A DNA stretch of 64,000 nucleotides from assembly GCA_036676395.1 (NCBI GenBank), contig JAKFCY010000003.1:32001-96000 (forward strand), in the 5' to 3' direction. The DNA comes from Bdellovibrio sp. Its GTDB lineage: Bacteria; Bdellovibrionota; Bdellovibrionia; Bdellovibrionales; Bdellovibrionaceae. Below are positions 19,252-28,960 of the stretch, piece after piece (the stretch's first letter is position 1; every line of letters begins with the position of its first letter). The position numbers and the translations under genes are program-made. The notes beneath the pieces are model-generated. The model saw only the letters and a list, made by a program, of their open reading frames with translations. It had not been told where the DNA came from and ran no database searches.

Positions 19252-20466
19252 TTACTGACACACGTTAGTTGTAGGTTTAACAGGGCTTCCATCGCCTCTT
19301 CCAATGATACCTATTGCTCCTGTATTGCCAATTGTTATTGATCCACCACGAGGCGAACCTATACCAATACTTCCACCATATCCTGTTATTGCGCCGTTAT
19401 TTGGATTTGTGACTACCGAACCTGACAAAAAGCCTATATTTCCATTGTAATTTAAAGAAGATCCAGTGATCGAATTTGCATCAGGGTAAAAAGTTCCTTG
19501 GAGACCAATGCCTGCACCGCCACCAAAACCAGTCGCTCCAAAACCGTATAGACCTGCGAATACTTGGCCGTTTTGCGAGCCAAAATAAAACCCTCCAGCA
19601 GCATCCGCACCGCCTCCCAAATAGCCGCCGATGCCTATGCCTATTGTTATTCCCCATAATCCTGTTGGGTCAATACAGCTCACTGGGTTATTGTTGCAAT
19701 ACGCGTATAGGTTTGTGTCACCGCCATTAAATCCCGAAGGATCTTTAGTTAACCAGCGGCCAATGGTTGGGTCGTAGTCACGGGCACCGAACCTCGTCAG
19801 CCCAGTATCAGGATCGTGCAATCCGCCGGCAAATCCAAAAGGTTGAAATCCTGGCGCAGTATTTTTTGTAACTTTACCAAACTCATCGTGCAACATTTCT
19901 TGAGCAACAGAACCATCTTTAACTCGAACTATTAATCTAACACTACCAAGGTAATCAGTTATGATTCGATACATTTCACCTTTAATAACCATATAATCTG
20001 GAACATGAAATTTTGCACCATAGATATAACGCTGTAACACTTTACCATCAGGGCCAACGACGCCAGCCACTCGAATTTGATCCTGATAGATGTAAGAACT
20101 TTGCAGGGTACCGTTTACGTTATTTTGAATTCTTCGGCCATAACCATCTATTTCATATTCATAAGATGTCGAGCCTAATTTTACGGATGTAATTTGGCCA
20201 AATGAATTATACGTGAATGAGGTTACTTGATTAGAAACGTTATTTTTCTTCGACTCAAGCTCACCGTTTAAATTATATTGAAAACTGTCTGCGTTGTATG
20301 TCACAAGACGGTCTTGAGAATCATACGCTGCAAGAGTTGCCTGACCACTTGCAATGCCAGAAATACGATTATTATTGGCATCATATATGTATTTTCCAGA
20401 AGTGATTCCATTTTGTTTAACTTGGCTTAGTCGATTTCGCGTATCATATGCGACCTGAGACCCAAA
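19252..20466 (-). pseudogene. Orphan Rhs core plus Gly-rich C-terminal tip (5'-truncated)
   Basis: YD repeats, FGFAGGLHDPDTGLTRFGARDYDPTIGRWLTKDP and PVSCIDPTGL. The frame stays open with Rhs-like sequence (AYDTRNRL...) upstream of the called GTG. Confidence 0.88.
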
Positions 20467-20616
20467 CTAGTACCAATAGAGTCAGACGACGGAGTTAATT
20501 CAGTCGCAGCGTAACCATAAATCCCTAGGATAATTCCAGCAATTAAAAGCAAAAAGGAATGCTCACTAAAAAGAATAATCCTAGATCAGAGTTTTTTAAA
20601 AAATCCAAATTTATTT

Positions 20617-20649
20617 CCCGTGTCGGTTCGATTCCGACCCGATCTACCA
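20617..20649 (+). other. tRNA/tmRNA-like 3' fragment (att remnant)
   Basis: T-arm GTCGG-TTCGATT-CCGAC, then 7 nt, then ACCA; no 5' half upstream. Confidence 0.75.
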
Positions 20650-20659
20650 TCTTACTTCA

Positions 20660-21712
20660 TTAATTCGATGTATTCTGCATATAGATCTTATAGTGACCTG
20701 CAAGGCTTTTGCAGCCATCACTCTGATCTGTAATAGTGCGTTTTGTAATTAAATAATTCTGCTCAGTTAACCGAAAAGACACCATATAAGAGCATGTTGT
20801 GTCTGAACCTTGATTAACGGCATGAATTCCATTTTGATTAACCACAATTTGATTAGTACTGAAAACTTCATTCTTGCCATTAGTCACCCATGCCTCTTCT
20901 GCCAAGTTTATTTTGTCGCCAAAAATATCTTCAGTAGATTTGAGTGAATACAAAAAAGAACCTTTTGCGCCCCCGTTATCTGTAATGCCGTCAGGAAAAT
21001 ATCCAAAACCAGAAGTCAAACCTCCACCACTCATTGCACCGGCAAACCTCATCCAATTGCCCAAAAGTGCGTTCAACTGGGGAATACGCGCTTTTGAAAA
21101 AGCTTCTTCTGCAGCCTCAAAACTAAAGTAAGCGCTATTGCCATTTAGTGGTGGATTTTTTTGGGCAGCAGCAGCTGTTTTATATATTCTGTAATTCTTA
21201 TCGCCACCCTTGCATGTAGAGCTCTGAGTAATCTGAGTTTTTGTAATTAACATATTATCTTTTGTAATACGAAAAACTAACGTTTGTTCACAAAATTCAT
21301 CTGTTTCAGGAGTAAGACGAGTCACTTCTGATTTATATGTCACTAAGCGTGTAGAGTCCCAGATATTATTGTATTTACCCTCTGTAGTGCGAACCCTTTC
21401 GAACAATAGGGTGCTGGTACCAAAAATATCTTTCGCGAACATAAAGAAATTCCAGATGTAGCCTTTATTGCCCGCATTACTTGTTACAATGCCATCTGGA
21501 AAATAACCGACTTCCCAACTTGGCGTCTGACTATCTGTGGCTCCACCAATCATCATCCAAGCACCAACAAGCTCTTGAGTTTTAGGAACATGAGCGCCAG
21601 CAAATATTTTTTGTGCTTTAGCAAAATCAAAGTTCCCTACTTCATTTGATTGAGCTGCAGATGTTGTAGATACGAACATAGACATTGCAAAAATCATTAC
21701 GATTTTTATCAT
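20660..21712 (-). CDS. Secreted protein with a tandemly duplicated ~160-aa domain
   Basis: Signal peptide; F.F..A...F..A..P....L.G.WM..GA, GYFPDGI, DIFG, FR.T..N.LITK and Y.IY each occur twice. Confidence 0.8.
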   Translation of the reverse strand: MIKIVMIFAMSMFVSTTSAAQSNEVGNFDFAKAQKIFAGAHVPKTQELVGAWMMIGGATDSQTPSWEVGYFPDGIVTSNAGNKGYIWNFFMFAKDIFGTSTLLFERVRTTEGKYNNIWDSTRLVTYKSEVTRLTPETDEFCEQTLVFRITKDNMLITKTQITQSSTCKGGDKNYRIYKTAAAAQKNPPLNGNSAYFSFEAAEEAFSKARIPQLNALLGNWMRFAGAMSGGGLTSGFGYFPDGITDNGGAKGSFLYSLKSTEDIFGDKINLAEEAWVTNGKNEVFSTNQIVVNQNGIHAVNQGSDTTCSYMVSFRLTEQNYLITKRTITDQSDGCKSLAGHYKIYMQNTSN

Positions 21713-21910
21713 GGGATTTATTCTCCTGAGTAAATAAAATTTAATTGAGCATAGTTTATTCTGTTTAATTTGAGAACCGAAATCTACAAATTCTTAATAA
21801 ACTATGGAAAAAAGCCTCGCGTATCACTTCCCATATCTAATTAATAAAAGTGATATCGGCTTCAGCTGGGGTGACCTTACATGAGTTTTCCGACCACTTT
21901 GAATTAGAAT

Positions 21911-22129
21911 CTAGCCGGACATTTTGGGCACAATCGTAACCCTCATTAAAACTGCTGAAATAATTAATATTATTACTGCTAACGACAAGTATACCAGAAA
22001 CAGTTTGATCGATTTTTTGCGAATTACTATAGCTGCATATAACCCAACGACTGTTCCTGTTATTAATAACAAAAACGGAATGCTAACTAAAAACAGTAAT
22101 CCTACATTTGAGCTTTTTAGAAAATCCAA
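21911..22129 (-). CDS. Small 2-TM membrane protein; putative immunity protein
   Basis: TTG start 1 nt after the stop of a tip-like remnant; two hydrophobic helices. Confidence 0.55.
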   Translation of the reverse strand: MDFLKSSNVGLLFLVSIPFLLLITGTVVGLYAAIVIRKKSIKLFLVYLSLAVIILIISAVLMRVTIVPKMSG

Positions 22130-22130
22130 T

Positions 22131-22226
22131 TTACTTCCCTAATCCTTCGGCAAAACTTCTGCAATTCGTCGACTCAGAACTAGAAGTATAATCACTCATT
22201 AAACCGCCAACAAAATTGTACTTTAA
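22131..22226 (-). pseudogene. Probable relic toxin tip end
   Basis: LKYNFVGGLMSDYTSSSESTNCRSFAEGLGK* has a YN...NCxxFA papain-like/PPPDE-type pattern. Confidence 0.4.
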
Positions 22227-22335
22227 AAGATGGTAGTTTTCATATAAGTTCCCTCTAATATGCTTACATTCTGTGAGGTTACCACGGGCCGAGGTTGCTC
22301 CAACTTTGGTGGTATTTTTGAACAACCTATAAGAT

Positions 22336-22761
22336 TTATTTTTTCTCATTTTTATTGATTTTAACTATTATTGATCTTTCTTTTTTACTAAACGGCATTA
22401 TTGAAGAAGGATTATAGTTTTCACTAAAAAAAATATATTCTTTGTTTGAATCTAAATTGATTATTAACTAGCAATCTATATCTTTTTCAACTTTATCGTC
22501 TTTTGCCGCATTCGTGCTAAATGGTCCAATCTTAAATTCAGAAACATTAGCTAAGTTTTTGATTTTTTCTCGCGCTTCTAATATAAAATATTTTTTTTCG
22601 TTTTCAATTCTAGTTTCTTTAACTTTACCGACAATGATCCAATCACTATTTTTAACCAATTGGTTTTTTTTCCAAAACCAAGAGCTTTCATAATTGAGTG
22701 AACAGGCATTCGAATAGGAATTACCAAACAATAAACAAAGCACTAATGTTATATTCTTCAT
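22336..22761 (-). pseudogene. TIMP/NTR-like secreted protein with a premature stop
   Basis: Signal peptide then ACS, NSDWIIVGKV, DC*(TAG 22468), and the frame continues LIINLDSNKEYIFF to TAA 22336; AGGAG SD. Confidence 0.6.
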
Positions 22762-22841
22762 GCCAACTCCTACTATTCCCCTGCCTCTTTTGGAAGACAT
22801 CGATTATATTTTTCTGCTTGTCGACGGTATCCGTACGCACA

Positions 22842-23210
22842 TTATCGATTGTGCTTTTCGGTACGCTCGACACCTTCTGAACCTTTAAACAGATATGTAG
22901 AAGCGTCAGACTCATATATAAGTTTTTTCCCTGTAGAATCAACAAAATCAACAGATTTTATTTCTTCGCTTGGTACATAATGGCAAATTTCATTTTCATT
23001 TTTCAATAAATCCAAGCCTTCGATACTCAACGGATATTTACCGCATTTATCAAAATATGCAGAAAGTGCCTTTTGAATTACTTTCATTCGAGAAGTTAAT
23101 CGATATAACTCAGCGTCATCGTCGTTAACTTTTTTTGACGCTAAAAAATAAGCAGCCACTAACATTAATACGCCCACTACCACCAAAATGAAAAATCTAT
23201 TTTTTTTCAC
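22842..23210 (-). CDS. GspG pseudopilin-like protein; putative immunity protein of the Rhs
   Basis: TM followed by IQKALSAYFDKCGKYPLSIEGLDLL...DSTGKKLIY; overlaps the Rhs 3' end by 14 nt; no prepilin GFTLIE motif. Confidence 0.7.
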   Translation of the reverse strand: MKKNRFFILVVVGVLMLVAAYFLASKKVNDDDAELYRLTSRMKVIQKALSAYFDKCGKYPLSIEGLDLLKNENEICHYVPSEEIKSVDFVDSTGKKLIYESDASTYLFKGSEGVERTEKHNR

Positions 23211-26200
23211 ATCGTCTCCCTGAAAACTTCAAGAAATTATCACCATTCTCTTCCTGAAATGCATCTGATTTTCCGAATATGTCGAAATGCGCCCTGTTTC
23301 TATTGAAGATCGAGCTAAGCACTACTTTGGCCAGACCTCCATATCCACCTTGAATATGCAGCGCCTCATGATACACAGTATTTAACAAATCTAAGACTTG
23401 GTCATCATTTAGAATCCCTTGATATTTTGAATCCAGTAAAATTTGATTGTTAAAAACACTAGCCGAACCAGAATCTCCTGGACTGTTTAAAGTTCCAAAA
23501 GATGTATTCTGAATTTCAGGAATAAATCTTTTCACGAAAGCAATTGCCTGATTGATATCTTGCTGGGTTCTACCACTCGGGTCCACATAATTGATTGGAT
23601 CACTACCTACATACCCATATAAATTCTCATCTCCTCCTCTAAATCCAATCGGATCTTTACTAATCCAGCGACCTATCTCTGGATCATACCAACGCGCTCC
23701 AAAATGAACTAAATTCGTATTATGATCATACAATCCACCGGCGAAACCAAAAGGTTGAAAACCTGGATTGGTATTTTTTAAAATTCTACCGAATTCATCA
23801 TGCAACATTTCTTGCATAATTGTGCCGTCGCTAACTCTGACTACTAATCTTACGCTTCCAAGATGATCAGTAACAATACGATAAACAGCGCCCTTCATAA
23901 TCATGAAGTCTGGTGCATGAGATTTCGAAGCATAACCAAATCGCTGTAATACGTTACCTTCAGCATCTAATACACCAGTCAGCCTTAGTGGGCCTTGATA
24001 TATATACGTGCTTTGCAATACTCCGTTTACAAAATTCTGCGCTCTTCTTCTAAGACCATCGTACTCATAACTAATTGCTGTCGAACCTGATTTAACTGCC
24101 GCAAGCTGACCTAACGAATTAAAAACATAAGATGTTTCTTGGTTAGTTATCGAATTTTTCTTCGAAACAAGATCACCTTTTAAGTTATATTTATAATTCT
24201 GTGTGTTGTATGCAGAAAGTCGGTCTTGTGAATCAAACACCGATTTAATCGATTGAGTACTTAAATTTCCACCAACACGATTTCCGTTAGCATCGTAAAC
24301 ATACCTAGAAGCAATGGTTCCATTAGTTTTTACTTCAACCAGCTTGCCACCTAAGTCGTACGCGTAGTCATATGTTACCTCGACACCATTAATGGATTCG
24401 ACTTTTTTAACTATTCTACCTAAATCATCACGAACTAATTTATATGAATATAAAGTTGGATCGACCAATGCATTCTTGTTGTGGTATTTCAGGATATAAG
24501 AATTTAATTCCCCAAATTGATTATACGAAAATTCGTCTCTAGCTGTGTTTTCACCTTCGAAGACTTTAGTTTCACTGATTTGTCCTGAGTCAGATGCATA
24601 TAGAATATCTTCGTTACCTATGCGGCTGATTTTTCCTGCAGGCCCATAATTATATTTGAAAATAATTCTAGGTGAACCTTTAACACCGTTTACAACTACA
24701 TCTTCAACAAGTCGTCCTAACGAATTACGAAATGCCATATATGCACCGACTACTGCGTCTTCTTTTTCCAAAACATCCTGATTTATAAACCCACCTTCAA
24801 ACGGGTATAAATACGAAGCTAAAGTAGCTGGAGTTTTAATTCCATCATAAATTCCAAACTTAGAATTAAATCTGTAGTTGTAAGTGCCTTCTGGGGTTAC
24901 AATACTCTCGAGCGTACCATTGGCTTGGTGATAATTAAAAATATTCATGCTGCCATCTGGGAATGTGATTGCAGTTAGTTGTTTATCAACATTGTACGAG
25001 TAGTTTGTCGGAGTTGATTCTTCACCTTCCAACAGGGGTGGAGAATAACTTATTGGCAATTCTAATACGTTGAAACTAAAGTTATGTTTTTGCTTGTTTG
25101 CTGGAGTGATAGCAATCAATTTGTCATTTTCATCGTAATTATAGATAACTTTTCTGCCATCGGGATATTGAATAGAATCTAATTTTCCAGTTTTAGTATA
25201 AGTATAATCAGTTGATTGGCCTAGAACATTACTTGTTGAAGTTAACAAATTTGTTAAAGGATCATAAACATTCTCGATGATACGATTGCCCTGAGATATA
25301 CGAACTAGTTTATCTTGCTTGTATGAAAATGTTGTCGGCACATAGCTTCCCCATTGAAAAGCTACAACTCTTTCAAATTCATCAATTTGTGATTTAAAAT
25401 TAATGCCATCTGCAGTTTGCGTGGTGAATATTCTTTTTTCGCCATTGTAACTTGTTACAGTATTCTCTCCAAATGCATCAGTTAGTTTAGAAGAATAATT
25501 CTTGATCGAAAAAGGATTGGCAGGATCATTTAATTCAAAATTTTCTGATGTTTTTGCCTTTGTATTTAAAGTTGTTCCAGAAGCTACGTTGCGTGTGACA
25601 GTGCGTGCGAAATCCTTAAATCTCAGATCTGGCGTATAGTAAGTAAAATAATCTATTCCGTTTTTTCTTTCAGACAATTCACTCTCAGCAGCCCACGACT
25701 GTACCACGGTTTGATCCGGATTCAGAACACGCTTATAATAATAGACCTCGTCTTTTCCATCAGCGTTTTTGTACGTTTGATTGTCAGTTGTATAGTTTGT
25801 GATACGGCCCATTGGCGATTTAGAATTAATTTGAGTTGGCTTGCCAGGCACAACATTCTTTTCTAAATTGATACTATGTCCGCCTGAATGAGCATCGTAA
25901 ATTAAATTACCTAGATTATCATATGAAAACGAACTGACTTGCCCTTGGGGCTTTCTGAATGTTTTTAATAAACCTAATTCATTATGGTAAGTTACTGAGT
26001 ACGTTTGACCCGCAGGATTTTTAATCGCAGAAATAAATTTAAAATTATTCAGAGTTATTTGAGTGACTTGGCCACCAGGCGCGGTAATTGAAACTAAATC
26101 CCCTTCTGCATTACGATTGAACAGAGTTCTTTTGCCGAATGCATCTGAAATTGAATTTAATAATCCATTTGCACTATGTTCAAATGAATATACTAAAGCA

Positions 26201-27153
26201 CCTAACCAAAAAGTTTTAGTTTGAAGATGTTTACCACTTAACGAATCAAAAATATAAATAAGCGATCTATCAGAATCGATAACTCGCAATTGATTATTAG
26301 CCAATAGTTCTGCTTTTGCTGTTAAACTTGAACCATCCCCTCTTAACACTTGTTTGCGATTTAAATCATAGAAGTGGTAAATAGTCGGAAGCCAAAGTCC
26401 AAATCCTAAATACTTCGCTTGTAAGCTCCCCATCGGAACTTGAAAAGATGTTGCAACTCCTGTTGGAAATTGCTTAACAAAAACCTCAGCTGCCATAGAA
26501 CCTATGTTTTGACTTCCATTTACTTTTCCATTCCAAACATATTGAGCACTAAGATTCGTAGCAATTGGAAGAGCTTTATTCTCAACCACTTCACCGTTTA
26601 TTTTAATCGCGTATTTAACTTGAGTAGCACCAGCATCAAGTTTATCTGAAGTCAGCGGAATTCTTAGAGTGTAATCACCAATTCTTCCAGAAACCTTATT
26701 CGTAAAATAAGCTAATGAAAAATTAGTACCGACGATTCGCACTTCTTCCCCAAGCACTTGGTTATCTGTAAAAATAATTGAGGCACATTGGATTGAAGTT
26801 TTATCGACCGATGGAACTGTAAATGTTCTGGGAGTTGGATCATCTTTAGGTCTTGGCGGTGTAGGCGTAGGATTTGGTGTTGGGGTCGGCGTTGGATTGG
26901 GATTGCCACCATCGCAGTAAGCTGTGGCTCTTCCTACATCTACAGCTCCCTGCCAACTAATAGTACATTCAGATTCAAATCCCCCCTCAAAATAGCGGAC
27001 GACTTTAAATTCTCTCTTCATATCTGGAGGACCACTTATTTCAAGACATTGCTTTTTGTGACGTTCGATCTCGTCCTTACAAGAAACTGCTTGAGCTTGA
27101 GAATTGAAAGCTAAAGCTACAATTAACAATAACGAACGAAAAATAGAATTCAT
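23197..27153 (-). CDS. Sec-secreted teneurin-like/Rhs (YD-repeat) protein with C-terminal HExxH metallopeptidase tip
   Basis: Signal peptide from ATG 27153, PT-rich linker, YD repeats, FGARWYDPEIGRWISKDP, PINYVDPSG and tip YHEALH. Confidence 0.93.
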   Translation of the reverse strand: MNSIFRSLLLIVALAFNSQAQAVSCKDEIERHKKQCLEISGPPDMKREFKVVRYFEGGFESECTISWQGAVDVGRATAYCDGGNPNPTPTPTPNPTPTPPRPKDDPTPRTFTVPSVDKTSIQCASIIFTDNQVLGEEVRIVGTNFSLAYFTNKVSGRIGDYTLRIPLTSDKLDAGATQVKYAIKINGEVVENKALPIATNLSAQYVWNGKVNGSQNIGSMAAEVFVKQFPTGVATSFQVPMGSLQAKYLGFGLWLPTIYHFYDLNRKQVLRGDGSSLTAKAELLANNQLRVIDSDRSLIYIFDSLSGKHLQTKTFWLGALVYSFEHSANGLLNSISDAFGKRTLFNRNAEGDLVSITAPGGQVTQITLNNFKFISAIKNPAGQTYSVTYHNELGLLKTFRKPQGQVSSFSYDNLGNLIYDAHSGGHSINLEKNVVPGKPTQINSKSPMGRITNYTTDNQTYKNADGKDEVYYYKRVLNPDQTVVQSWAAESELSERKNGIDYFTYYTPDLRFKDFARTVTRNVASGTTLNTKAKTSENFELNDPANPFSIKNYSSKLTDAFGENTVTSYNGEKRIFTTQTADGINFKSQIDEFERVVAFQWGSYVPTTFSYKQDKLVRISQGNRIIENVYDPLTNLLTSTSNVLGQSTDYTYTKTGKLDSIQYPDGRKVIYNYDENDKLIAITPANKQKHNFSFNVLELPISYSPPLLEGEESTPTNYSYNVDKQLTAITFPDGSMNIFNYHQANGTLESIVTPEGTYNYRFNSKFGIYDGIKTPATLASYLYPFEGGFINQDVLEKEDAVVGAYMAFRNSLGRLVEDVVVNGVKGSPRIIFKYNYGPAGKISRIGNEDILYASDSGQISETKVFEGENTARDEFSYNQFGELNSYILKYHNKNALVDPTLYSYKLVRDDLGRIVKKVESINGVEVTYDYAYDLGGKLVEVKTNGTIASRYVYDANGNRVGGNLSTQSIKSVFDSQDRLSAYNTQNYKYNLKGDLVSKKNSITNQETSYVFNSLGQLAAVKSGSTAISYEYDGLRRRAQNFVNGVLQSTYIYQGPLRLTGVLDAEGNVLQRFGYASKSHAPDFMIMKGAVYRIVTDHLGSVRLVVRVSDGTIMQEMLHDEFGRILKNTNPGFQPFGFAGGLYDHNTNLVHFGARWYDPEIGRWISKDPIGFRGGDENLYGYVGSDPINYVDPSGRTQQDINQAIAFVKRFIPEIQNTSFGTLNSPGDSGSASVFNNQILLDSKYQGILNDDQVLDLLNTVYHEALHIQGGYGGLAKVVLSSIFNRNRAHFDIFGKSDAFQEENGDNFLKFSGRRCEKK

Positions 27154-27240
27154 ATGGGCTTCCTCAGAACCCAACGGTATAAATAAATATTAATTTATAA
27201 GCAACAGAATTTATCGAAGCCCGAAATCAGGGCATCTTCT

Positions 27241-27894
27241 TCATTTTTTAACAGCCAGAAGTAAACCTTCTTCAGTCGGCACAAACGACGCCGTAAAATT
27301 CGCATCCGCGAAAACATCCGTAGTCATCTCTTTCACCGTCTGAACTTGTTTATCGCTGAACTTCTGTTTTGACAGGTCTCCCCAGACACTTCCTGCTAAA
27401 AAAACATTGTCGATGAGGATCATTCCACCTGACCTGATATTGTTTTTGGCCCACATCCAGTAATCTTTATAGGCCGCTTTATTACCGTCGATGAAGATCG
27501 CATCGAAGGGCCCCTGGCTTGATAGCTTAGGTAGTTCTTCACGAGCATCACCGGCCACTATCACGCATTGGCCGCGGTCTATCCAGGGCTTTAAGGCTTG
27601 GCTTGCAAGTGCAATATGTTCAGTAGACTTTTCTAATGTGTAAATGATGCCATCTTGTTGTAATGATTGAAGAAAGTACTGACAAGATAGGCCCGTCAGC
27701 GTGCCTATTTCTACAACTTTTTTCGGTTTAATTAGGCCGACCAAAAACCCCATTAAATGGGCTTCGGTATGAGAAACAGAGATGCCACCTAAACCTAATT
27801 GATCTGCGAATTTGCGTGAAAGCTGCATGTGTTCGTTTTCAAGTTGATAACAATTTTCAATGTAGGTGTACGAGGGCTGGATTGAATTTCTCAT
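27241..27894 (-). CDS. SAM-dependent O-methyltransferase (CCoAOMT/TrmR-like)
   Basis: VEIGTLTGLS, FDAIFIDGNK and GGMILIDN motifs. Confidence 0.92.
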   Translation of the reverse strand: MRNSIQPSYTYIENCYQLENEHMQLSRKFADQLGLGGISVSHTEAHLMGFLVGLIKPKKVVEIGTLTGLSCQYFLQSLQQDGIIYTLEKSTEHIALASQALKPWIDRGQCVIVAGDAREELPKLSSQGPFDAIFIDGNKAAYKDYWMWAKNNIRSGGMILIDNVFLAGSVWGDLSKQKFSDKQVQTVKEMTTDVFADANFTASFVPTEEGLLLAVKK

Positions 27895-27965
27895 GCTTAT
27901 TGTTTACGTCGAAAATTTTGGATTTTCAATTGCTGATCATTAGGCAAACCATTATAACTTACAAC

Positions 27966-28958
27966 ATGTCTGAAACATTACTAGAAGTTACAAATTTACG
28001 TACTCGTTATAAAACTGATGATGGTGCTATTTTTCCGGTAGATGACATCTCTTTCCGCGTGAAAAAGGGTCAAACTCTAGGCATCGTGGGCGAATCAGGT
28101 TGTGGTAAATCACAAACTGCACTTTCAATTATGCGCCTTATTCAAAAACCAGGTGAAATTGTTTCTGGTGATGTGCAATTCAAAGGCGAAAGCTTATTGA
28201 AAAAAACTGAAGATCAAATGCGTGAGATTTTAGGTAATCAAATGGCAATGATTTTTCAAGAGCCGATGACTTCGTTAAATCCGGTTTACACGATCGGTGA
28301 CCAAATCGAAGAAAGCATTCGTCTTCACCAAAAAGGTTTAACAAATTTAGAAATTAAAAATAAAGCGATCGATATGTTAAAGCTTGTGGGTATTCCTGCA
28401 GCTGACAAACGTTACCATGAATATCCGCACCAATTATCAGGCGGTATGCGCCAACGTGTGATGATCGCTATGGCGATGAGCTGTACGCCGCAATTATTAA
28501 TTGCGGATGAGCCAACAACTGCACTTGATGTTACTATCCAAGCACAGATCTTAGATCTAATGCGTAAAGTTCAAAAAGAATTTCAAGCCGGCATGATTTT
28601 AATCACGCATGATCTAGGCGTAGTGGCTGAAATGTGCCAAGACGTTATTGTTATGTACGCTGGTAAAATCGTTGAGTACGGCACTGTAGAAGATATTTTC
28701 TACCGCCCGAAACATCCGTACACTAAAGGTTTACTTGATTCTATTCCGCACTTTGAAACTGGCTCGCGCATGAAACAGTTAAATACAATCCCGGGCTTAG
28801 TACCAAGTTTGTATAGCCTGCCTGTTGGTTGCCGTTTTCAAGAACGTTGTAAATTCGCTCAAGAAGACTGCCGTCGTGCAGAACCTAATTTAGAAAACTT
28901 ACGTGGCGTTCATAAAGTCGCTTGTTATCATCCAGTTCAATCAGAAGGAAATAACTAA
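27966..28958 (+). CDS. oppD: Oligopeptide/dipeptide ABC transporter ATP-binding subunit
   Basis: [24 protein letters not shown] and C-terminal HPYT/CRFQERC; start moved to ATG 27966. Confidence 0.92.
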   Translation: MSETLLEVTNLRTRYKTDDGAIFPVDDISFRVKKGQTLGIVGESGCGKSQTALSIMRLIQKPGEIVSGDVQFKGESLLKKTEDQMREILGNQMAMIFQEPMTSLNPVYTIGDQIEESIRLHQKGLTNLEIKNKAIDMLKLVGIPAADKRYHEYPHQLSGGMRQRVMIAMAMSCTPQLLIADEPTTALDVTIQAQILDLMRKVQKEFQAGMILITHDLGVVAEMCQDVIVMYAGKIVEYGTVEDIFYRPKHPYTKGLLDSIPHFETGSRMKQLNTIPGLVPSLYSLPVGCRFQERCKFAQEDCRRAEPNLENLRGVHKVACYHPVQSEGNN

Positions 28959-28960
28959 TC

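Noticed and set aside
23197..27174. Rhs as a type VI secretion effector
   Set aside because: There is no PAAR/VgrG/EagR, and it has a Sec-type signal peptide.
27816..27965. Long N-terminal extensions in the ORF track (also 1016-1072, 31550-31627, 58927-59073, 60911-61009)
   Set aside because: They overlap neighbouring genes or promoters; downstream ATGs match the family N-termini or have SDs.
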